A DNA stretch of 64,000 nucleotides, from assembly GCA_043228905.1 (NCBI GenBank), contig JBHGNT010000015.1, positions 19,034,001 through 19,098,000 on the forward strand. The letters run 5' to 3'. This document shows, piece by piece, positions 53,213 through 62,651 of this stretch; position 1 is the first letter of the stretch; every line of letters begins with the position of its first letter. This DNA comes from Azolla caroliniana (Eukaryota; Plantae; Polypodiophyta). The notes beneath the pieces were generated by a model. It searched no databases, was not told the DNA's origin, and saw only the letters and a program-made list of their open reading frames with translations. The translations under genes were made by a program, and so were the position numbers.

Positions 53213-55221
53213 ACCCAATTTCCAATGCTATCTTTTGGTGGGTGTGTTGATTCTCATCAAAATGTCATTTTAGGACCCTTTATAAAAACACAATAAAGTT
53301 TCTCTTTGGCACTGTAGTCTATAGGTAGAGGCTTCACTCTTCTCTTAAAGTAAAACAAAGTTGATCTTTGCCTCTTCCAAATATAGTCTTCACTCCAACG
53401 AAGACACCCAAAATGTGATACAATTGGAAACTCATGCTAAGTTATTATAATTTAAACCCAATTGGCTTTTATTTTTATATGACAAATCAATTGAAAAAAA
53501 GCAAGATTAAACCATTGAATTCGTATGTGCAATATCATCTAGTTTTGATGAAAGATTCATAAGTATGCCAGAATAACTAAAATAAGATTGTTTGCTAAAA
53601 TAACTAAAGTTTGAATAAGAATGTATACCAAAATAACTAAAGTTTGAAGCTATTTAAAAATAATCTCAAGAACCATGTGATGATGTGGGTTTGGCACATA
53701 GATGTGTGTGTGTGTATCATTGTACATCGTCAACTTGAGTTTCAGTTGTTTCCAAAAACTACATCATTGGTGGTGGCCCATTAGCTAGATGCAAACCTCT
53801 AGGCTCTAATACTGATAATCACCACCTCCAACTTCTAGTATTAGAGCACTAGTTTGGTTGCAATATTTTTAGGGCGAATTTTGAAGATTTTGGAAATACT
53901 TGAAAATACTTTTTGACTAGGGGTAGAAACTTGAGGATGCCTATTGTGATCGACATAAAAAAGTACTACGCCTTGAGCAATCTTCATGTTACCTGTACAT
54001 TTCAAATTCATCTATCTAATGCAACAAAATTTGTATACTCTTTAATTCATATCGATAATAATTAACGTCGTTTGGGAGAGGATTGTTGGACTTGCTCTCT
54101 AATCAAGGAAAATGTTTGATACCTCAAACATTGGCAAATGATTTGTCCATGTTCCTTAGAAGGTCTTGTAGATTATAAACGTAAAGGTCTAGAAGCATGG
54201 AATGTTTGCCTTGTCATTAGGGTTACACATTAATATATGTAAGTGTTCACTTATCTGATGTACCGAAAGACATTTGGTTGTGCTTGAATGACGTGTCCAA
54301 ATATTCGAATAATGCAATGGTTGGTGCCATTTAGGTGAGTGCCAATATTGGTGTCCATGTCTCATCCTCTAAAAAGTTTGACTTGGACATCATGTACAAT
54401 CATTTTTAAAGTGCAATAAATGGAAATATCCAATCAATGTATATACATATGCAATTGTAAATGCACAAAGCTTTAATAAAGAGATATATTGCTCTCGTTT
54501 CTTTTGCTTATGTTGATTAGGCTCCAAGCATACCTTCAGGAGTCAAGAAATTGATTGAATGAGGATGAGGATGACAAGCACAAGCACAAGCACGCGTGCC
54601 GCGCGCGCACACACACACACACACAACATATACCACATAACAAACACCCATACACACCCACGACACATTATAAGACATAAGTAGGTAGCTTCTTAGATAT
54701 AGGTAGCTTCTTACATTAAGTTAGGCCGCAAGGCATTGTAAGTAGGCTCATCTTTTTTTACTTGATCGGAGGAAGACTCCCCGATGTGTGTATAAGTCTC
54801 CTTGTAGACTCTTTATGTAATAATCCTTCCTAACTAATGGGAAAGTAGCTTCATTTTGAAAAAAAGAAGAAAAAAGAAAAAAAAGACATAAGACATAACA
54901 CACACATTTATCAAATCCCATTTAATGAATGGCTACCGATTAGGATCTCTATTTCATTTTTCAGAAAAGGAAATGGTAAGCTTCGAGCATCTCACATTAG
55001 GACAAGGAGCTAGGCAAGGTTTCAGACAATGTTACCAGGAGGATTTATTCAGTGGTCGTCATGATGGGAATGAAGAAGGCGGCACATTTTTTATTATCAA
55101 TCTCATTGCGAATAGAGAGAAGGGCATACAACATAACATGTAGAGCGCTTCTTCGCCAACACAAACACAAACGTGCGTGTGCGTGTCAAGTAACATTCAC
55201 ACAATACATTACTATTACTAC

Positions 55222-55766
55222 TAGCAATGGGCCCGGTTTCAGCTCAAACCGAACCGAACCATTAACACATGGTTTAAAGGTTTATAAGTTCCAAAACAAT
55301 TTAATGGTTTGGTTTGGTTATGAAACTGGGGTTTATCGGTTTATAGGTTTTTGGGGGCTAACTATTTTATCCTTTAAATGTTTATGTAATTTAATGGTTT
55401 AATTAATGTTTTTTATTGATTTAATTCACTTAACTTAAATGTTTATTTAATCTAATGGCTTAATTAACGTTTATTTATTTATTTAATTAATTTAACATAA
55501 ATACTTATTTAATTTAGTGTGTTTTTTATTTATTTAAAATTTTAATTAGTTTGGCTTAAATGTGGTTAGGTTTAAAGTTTTTATTAAATGGCTTCAACTT
55601 TTCCCTAAACGGTTTTGGTTTAAATGGTTTGGTTTGCCTTTTCTTAGAAACGATTGGGTTTAAATGTTTGAATGTTCATAGACGATTAGGTTTGGTTTTA
55701 GTTTTATATAAATGGTTCGGTTCGGCTTCAAGGCAAAGAAACCGAACCGAACCGGGCCCATAGCTA
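55222..55766. mobile_element. hAT-type MITE (545 bp) in the GST upstream region
   Basis: TIR TAGC(A/T)ATGGGCCCGGTT, subterminal aaccg repeats, AT-rich interior. Flanks attactac and actactac form a 7/8 TSD match. Confidence 0.8.
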
Positions 55767-55952
55767 ACTACTACTATGTACTACTACTACTACTTCTTCT
55801 TCTTCTTCTTCTTGAACCCATTACTAGTACTACTCTTCTTCTTCTTCTTCTTCTTCTTCTTCTTGTCTTTCTGATTCTTCTCCTTCTCCTTCTCCTTGAA
55901 AAGGAAAAAGCAAAGCTCAAAAAGTGAAAGGAAGATGTTTCTGTAAACCCTC

Positions 55953-55972
55953 AGACGTATAAGGTGACGTGA
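55953..55972 (+). promoter_or_regulatory. as-1/ocs-like element (TGA factor site)
   Basis: AGACGTATAAGGTGACGTGA has two ACGT cores 12 bp apart, ~90 bp upstream of the TATA box of a GST gene. Confidence 0.7.
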
Positions 55973-55978
55973 GAAGCA

Positions 55979-56019
<41 letters not shown>

Positions 56020-56059
56020 GTAGAGGCGGTGGAAGCTTCCAGAAAGAAAAATATCTGGC

Positions 56060-56067
56060 TATAAATA
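56060..56067 (+). promoter_or_regulatory. TATA box of the GST gene
   Basis: cTATAAATA ~147 bp upstream of the ATG, followed by a CT/CA-rich leader. Confidence 0.7.
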
Positions 56068-56206
56068 AAGAGTAGAGTGAGTACTTGCCCACCATATCTC
56101 TCTCTGTCAGTTAAAAGCTTAGTCACAACACACACACACACACATACACAAGACTCTCTCTTCTTTCTCACTCTCCTTTTTGGTTTCACACTCTAAATTC
56201 GCCCAA

Positions 56207-58234
56207 ATGGCTCCCCTAAAGATCTACGGCACTCCTGCTTCCACATGTACCGGCCGTGTGCTCACTGCCGCCCTCGAGGTCGGTGCCGAATTCGAGATCG
56301 AGAACATCAACCTCTCCATCGGCCAACACAAGAAGCCCGAGTTCTTGGCCCTTCAAGTAAACACAACGAATTTTGACTTCAAAAAAATAAAAATAAAATC
56401 TCAATTTTTGTTTGGTTTGGTTTGGTTTGGTTTGGTTTGTTTGGATTGAGTTTCATTTACCTTTTTAATGGATGCATCATTTCGAGTCCCAAATCAAATT
56501 GGATTGTTTTGAAGTGAGTTTCCATGGATGCATCACTTCCGAGTTCCAAATCAAATTGGATTGTTTTGAAGTGAATTTCCATGGATGCATCACTTCCCGA
56601 GTTCCAAATCAAATTGGATTGTTTTGAAGTGAATTTCCATGGATGCATCACTTCCGAGTTCCAAATCAAATTGGATTGTTTTGAAGTGAATTTCCATGGA
56701 TGCATCACTTCCGAGTTCCAAATCAAATTGGATTGTTTTGAAGTGAATTTCCATGGATGCATCACTTCTGAGTTCCAAATCAAATTGGATTGTTTTGAAG
56801 TGAATTTCCATGGATGCATCACTTCCGAGTTCCAAATCAAATTGGATTGTTTTGAAGTGAATTTCCATGGATGCATCACTTCCCGAGTTCCAAATCAAAT
56901 TGGATTGTTTTGAAGTGAATTTCCATGGATGCATCACTTCCGAGTTCCAAATCAAATTGGATTGTTCTGAATTGAATTTCCGGATCCAATTTGTTCGGAT
57001 TGAATTGCGGGATGAAATTGATTTCTTCTTTTTCAATCAAAATCTAGATTTGCTAAACCATTTTCCGATTTTAATCTAACAATTGTTATTTATTTATTAT
57101 TGAATCTAGGATTACTAAAACCATTTTTTTCGATTTTGAATTGCAGCCTTTCGGTGTGATCCCGGTGCTTGAGGATGGAGACTTCCATATCTTTGGTATG
57201 TGTTTTCCTTTTCTCTTGTTTAGTTGATGATATGTAGCTATGAATGTGTATGGAAGATTAGTTCCTCTATATATAGAGTAAGTATGTTGGTTGGGATTCA
57301 GTTATCAATTTCTTTGTAATAACAACATTCATGTGATGATTCATCATCGTAGTGGTATATTAGAGATTAGAGATTGCTTATTGTTAATTTGAACCAATTT
57401 ATTGATGTTTCACAGTAGTATGTGGTTCATCACATACTATGTACTGTAGTATTACTTATTTATTGATTTTTCACAGTAGTATGTGGTTCATCATCATCGT
57501 AGCGTTATATTAGAGATTAGAGATTACTTGTTAATTTGAACCCATTTATTTGATGTTTCACATTAGTATGTGATTCATTGTCATAATAGCGGCATGTTAG
57601 ACATTGCTTGTTGTTAATTTGAACCAATTTATTGATTAGTTTTCATGTGTTTGCATCATTATATAGAGTTTCGAGCAATTATTCGATACATTGCAAGGTA
57701 TATTAGACATTGCTTGTTGTTAATTTGGACCAATGTATTGATTAATTTCCATGTGTTTTGCATCATTATATAGAGTCTCGAGCAATCATTCGATACATTG
57801 CGAGCAAGTATGCAAAGGAAGGGAACCCGTTGGCGGGCACAACTCTAGAGGAGAAAGCAAGAGTGGAGCAATGGCTAGAGGTGGAGAGTCAGAACTACAA
57901 CTCCCCGGTCTCAACCGTGGTGGCGGAGATAGTGTTCAAGCCACTCTTCCACCAAGCGCCCACGAATGAAGCCGTAGTGGAGGAGAATCTGAAGAAGCTA
58001 GAGAAGGTATTGGATATATATGAGGCCCATCTAGCCACCCACGAGTACTTGGCGGGTGATTTCTTTAGCTTGGCCGACCTTTCTCACTTGCCCTACACCC
58101 ACTACCTCATCAATATCGCAAAGAAAGGCGAGGCCATCACATCCCGCAAGCACGTCAATGCTTGGTGGGAGCGCATCTCCTCTCGCCCTTCTTGGCAACA
58201 TGTTCTCAAACTTGCAAGCCCCAAGTCCGACTAA
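56207..58234 (+). CDS. GSTF: Phi-class glutathione S-transferase, 3 exons, ~219 aa
   Basis: Exons 56207-56356, 57147-57195 (49 nt, typical of phi GSTs) and 57774-58234 total 660 nt. Motifs ASTCTGRV, HKKPEFLALQPFGVIP, FESRAIIRY, YLAGDFFSLADLSHLP, WWERISSRPSW. Confidence 0.95.
56468..56980. repeat. 57/58-bp minisatellite, ~9 near-identical copies, in GST intron 1
   Basis: atggatgcatcacttccgagttccaaatcaaattggattgttttgaagtgaatttcc starts at 56468, 56524, 56581, 56639, 56696, 56753, 56810, 56867 and 56925. Confidence 0.97.
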
Positions 58235-60796
58235 ACTCCAATATAGTTTTGTTGTTTCATTACCTACATTTTGTTGGGTGGGGGAGGGGAGTTGGGTTCC
58301 CGACACAATTGGGTGAAACTTGTCAAATAAAAACTTGTAGCCATCATCAATAATAAAACATTACATTATGAGTAGTTTGTTTGTTCGAATCTTGAGTATA
58401 GTTTGTTCAATATTGCTCTCGAATTTCGATCTAGAGTTGGTTTGTCACATATGCTTATGAGTCACTTTCAACGACCATCTTCTAAACACTTGGTACTCCC
58501 ATCATCATATTTGTTTGGGGGGGGGGATCTACACTCAAGTGATATACGTGTTACTTGTCATCAAAACCTTCCCTAAACAAAGTTTAGTTAAAGTATAGTA
58601 GAAGTATTAGTCTTAGCCTTCTCGAATCATCGAAATAAGTACTTAGAGAAGTATTTAATTATCTTCTTAAGTTGACACTTAAGAAGTATTTTAAATTCCA
58701 AAGTAGTTGAAGTATTTTAAATTCCAAAGTTATCCAAGTTCGTAAGGTCAAATTTAGAAGTTAAAGTTGGACCTCCAAATTTAGAAGTTGAAGCTCAAAT
58801 TTAGAAGTCTTGTCAAAGTGAGAAAAGTTTTTGAGTTCATAAGTGTAGAGTATCACGTGGATATAATAATGACCAAGTTCAACCTAGTTCACTCTCGACC
58901 ATGTTCTTGTCATTCACTAATCACATTGTCAATAAGAAAAAAATATGTGAACATCTATTGTTGCTACTCAATTTAACACGTTCTCTCTAAATTATCATAT
59001 TCTTCTTCCCCTATATATGAACACCATTTATAGAACTACTCATCCAAATGTGTCCATGCATGTTTGCTTTATTTCTTCAAGACATGATCGAACAAAAGAG
59101 ACTTTAGAATATATATGACAGGTGTACATAGATCTAATCGACATGTGTTTGCTCGATACTTTACCTATCATTATTTACTTTTTGTGAAGAACAATGTTCA
59201 AGGGAGACAAATGGAGAGTATCAAGTTGCGTCTCGCTTTTGAAGGATTTTGTCATGATGAGTTCGTGTTCTCTCAAGTTATGCTTAATCACATACCCACT
59301 ACTTTACTTGCCCATCATTCTTTACTATTTGTTGGGGGTCCATTATTCCTTACTTTTAGTTCCAAGCATTCGAGAAAAGATTGGGACTTGCATGTTAGAC
59401 CTCTTTCGTTCCAACCTTTTCACGATGAGCACATGTTAAAGCTCTTGACGGATGTAAACTTAAAACAAAATTAAAACAAAATTCCATTCTTTACTTTTCC
59501 GTTCTTTTTCCCTTTGATTTTTGCCTTTGTTGACCCCATTATGGCACATAATCAACATTAAATTGTCTTTTGGGTAACTTTCTAAAACTACATAACTCTT
59601 AAATTTGAATTATATTTTAGATCTCTAACTCAATACTAGTGTCTATTTGGTGAATCAACATTAATATGCCTTTTGGGTAACTTTCTAAAACTACATAACT
59701 CTTAATTTTGAATTATATTGTGGTACACATAATTTAAGGTCCTTCTAAAATAAGACCAAGTTAATCCTAATCATGGCCCAACAAAACATATTCATGTACT
59801 CATACGAACATCTTTAGATCTCAAAATATTAATGTGGAAGTTTGATTCATCTTGTAATTGATGGTAAGATTCTTCATTTGGCACCGATTAAGAAAATAGA
59901 ATTAATAGAAAGATATTATGTAACTTTTGGTCTTGTATGTCACTTTACCCTTGGGAAGACCCAAGTTCGATAGCCATCAACTTGGCCCTAGTCAGTGAGT
60001 CATTGTCATCTAGAGGGTTTAAAATAATCTATGTATTGTTTCCTTTAACATTTTTGTACAAGAAGAGCTTGACTTAGAATGGTCCTTGTGCTTCCTTGCA
60101 ACATGATTCATATGCTTCACTCACAACATACGATACATCCCATTGATTAATGAAAAGAATTCTCAAATGTACCATACATCTTAGAGGATGAACAAGCCCC
60201 CACTTATGTTCCATTGTTTATCACCTCATTGGATGTCTACTATTCCCATTTTGTTTCCATTGTGCACGGATATCTACTTTTTTCCAAAACAATATTCTTC
60301 ACTAGTATAAATTCTTCATACATGAGAAAATGATTAGTTTGACAACATCGTAAAAGTTGTGGCCATGATAGGCCAATAAAAAACTCAAAGACTCAAAGTA
60401 GAAGACTACAAAGAACGATGGACACACATACATGACTCTTCTTTGCAAGGATATCTACTTTATCACCAAAATAATCACATATGGACACAACTTGTATTTT
60501 GTATATGAGCATGTTGGTTAATTACAAATACCCTAATGGCTTGTGAATGATTTCGTTAACAAAGTTAATTTTCCAACCATGCAGTGACTTCACCATTCTC
60601 TAATTTGAATTTTATGATTGAGATTGTGTGGGTATAGATCGACTATGCACGCCTTGCCATGGTTCTTATTTTCCTTGGCATCGATTGACCCATTGTGCCC
60701 TAGAATCATCAACCTCTCTCTCATGTACTACAAATATTTCGGATGGATGGGGGTTCTCTCTAACATATTTCTAAGCAAAAAATGTCAAGCACCATC

Positions 60797-60881
60797 GTTG
60801 ACTTGGTGAGAAGTTAAGGCGATAGACTTGAAATCTGTTGGGCATTGCCTGCATAGGTTCGAGTCCTTGCTACAATCAAAG
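60797..60881 (+). pseudogene. tRNA-Ser(TGA)-like pseudogene, array unit 1
   Basis: Homologous to unit 3. The D-loop is altered, there is an insertion in the T-stem, and the acceptor stem has mismatches. Confidence 0.75.
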
Positions 60882-60934
60882 CATTATAATTATGCATCAT
60901 AAAACAACTGGATTGTAACACACTTGATGGCATC

Positions 60935-61016
60935 GTTGACTTGTTCGAGTAGTTAAGGCGATAGACTTGAACCCTATTGGGCATTGGTTGTGTAGGTTCG
61001 AATACTATAGTCAACA
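60935..61016 (+). pseudogene. tRNA-Ser(TGA)-like, degenerate, array unit 2
   Basis: Acceptor stem GTTGACT/AGTCAAC is intact, but the anticodon stem, T-stem and variable arm have mismatches. Confidence 0.7.
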
Positions 61017-61100
61017 CATTATTATTGTGCAACATAAAAAATTGTGTTTAGAGCTACAATATAAGTTACTTAATTTGTATAAAAGTGGTAAGTACCCATC

Positions 61101-61182
61101 GTTGACTTGGCTGAGTGGTTAAGGCGATAGACTCGAAATCTATTGGGCATTGCCTACGTAGGTTCGAATCCTACAGTCAACG
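61101..61182 (+). tRNA. tRNA-Ser(CGA), array unit 3, intact cloverleaf
   Basis: Acceptor GTTGACT/AGTCAAC plus G73. D-arm TGGCTGAGTGGTTAAGGC. Anticodon arm ATAGA-CT-CGA-AA-TCTAT. Long variable arm GGGC-ATT-GCCT. T-arm GTAGG-TTCGAAT-CCTAC. Confidence 0.88.
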
Positions 61183-61264
61183 CATTGTTAGTGTGGAACA
61201 TGAAAGTTTGCGATTAAGAGCTATTGTATACGATAATTAATGTGTAAAAATGGTAAGCACCATC

Positions 61265-61345
61265 TTTGATTTGATCAGTGGTTAAGGTGATAGACTCGAA
61301 ATCAGTTGGGCATTGCATGCGTAGGTTCGAATCCTATAATCAACG
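61265..61345 (+). pseudogene. tRNA-Ser(CGA)-like, degenerate, array unit 4
   Basis: Deletion in the D-arm and mismatches in the anticodon stem. B-box GGTTCGAATCC retained. Confidence 0.7.
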
Positions 61346-61426
61346 CATTATTATTATGGAACATAAAAATTTGCGATTAAGAGCTACCATATAATACTTG
61401 ACGTATAAAAATGGTAAGCACCCATC

Positions 61427-61508
61427 GTTGACTTGGTCGAGTGGTTAAGACGATAGGCTTGAAATCTATTGGGCATTGCTTGCATAGGTTCGAATCCTAC
61501 AGTCAATG
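61427..61508 (+). tRNA. tRNA-Ser(TGA), array unit 5, near-intact
   Basis: D-stem GTC/GAC pairs fully. Anticodon arm ATAGG-CT-TGA-AA-TCTAT. One A-C mismatch in the T-stem and a G1-U72 wobble. Confidence 0.6.
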
Positions 61509-62617
61509 CATTGTTAGTGTGGAACAAAAAAATTTACGATCCATAATGGCTGAATCCTCTCAGTCTCGTCTCTGGATATATCTTCGCTAGGGAGTGAATC
61601 CCTCACTAAGCAGACCCTCCATCTACCCGAAACCAGAGGATGCTTTTGCTCCCTCGTCGAACCTGTGGAAGTATCTTCGTTCGAAGCTAAGAAATAGTAA
61701 GAATCAAGTGTTCTTCCTTTCTCATCCCTTTCAACAGATAACGATGTCGTAGTGTATTTCGTACACTACGTGAAAAAGTAAAAAATAATATAACCGATTT
61801 AATTACATATAAATAAATAAAATAATATATCAAGATATTTATCACGTGCATAGGGCAGGATTTGAACCCTGTACCTCCACGTAGCCAAACCTCAACTTTA
61901 CCATTATACTACCTTATCTTTAGTGTTCTATAAATAGATTTAATAACTATAACTACTTTATTTGCGCCTACCTTTATTAAAAGGTAAATCGTGCATTTTT
62001 AGAGTGTGTGAATATTTTATAGAAAAAAAACGCAAGCAACTAAAAAGTGACTCGTGCACATCTAGCGTGCATGAGCACTATATTTAGCAAATAAAAGCAA
62101 GGATTAGAAAAGCATCACATGCATATTTAGTGTGCATGAACATATTAGAAAAAAAAGCATGTAGCTATGCTTAGTCTCTCCCATCACTACATAAGGATGG
62201 GGAGCACAATGTAATAGTGTGAAAAATATTTGGGAAATTGGATATATTTCCTAAAACACCAACAATCAATAAAATATACTCGTGGGATTCACGAAGTTTA
62301 AGATAATCTATCTCTTTCAATCTAAATTCATATTCTTACATAAATATTGATTAATGTAATACTTGTGGGATTCACAAGGTTTGATCTCTTTTCTCAATCT
62401 ACTCTAATCTATTCTAAATTATTTCAATTTATTACTACGATTTAGATAAACTAAAACAATTATACTTGTGGGATTCACAAGTTTCTATATCTCTTTCTTA
62501 TAATCTATTCATATTCATAACTAGATTAGCCTCAAATTCTTCCTCCTCCTAGTCCAAAACCTCGGCGGTTCCCACCCGACTCACGCAACGATCCGGAGCC
62601 GAAAGGCACGACACAGT

Positions 62618-62635
62618 TGGTGAACCCGACGTGAA
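62618..62635 (+). other. Primer-binding site complementary to the tRNA-Trp 3' end
   Basis: TGGTGAACCCGACGTGAA is the reverse complement of TTCACGTCGGGTTCACCA, the 3' end of plant cytosolic tRNA-Trp(CCA) as I recall it. Confidence 0.8.
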
Positions 62636-62651
62636 GGCGGGTGGCAAGGAG

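Noticed and set aside
56457-57079. Repetitive ORFs on both strands
   Set aside because: They are translations of the 57-bp intronic minisatellite within GST intron 1.
59100-60500. Possible degenerate transposase between GST and the tRNA array
   Set aside because: No conserved motif or TIR identified. Only a small local duplication (~59568 and ~59670) is evident.
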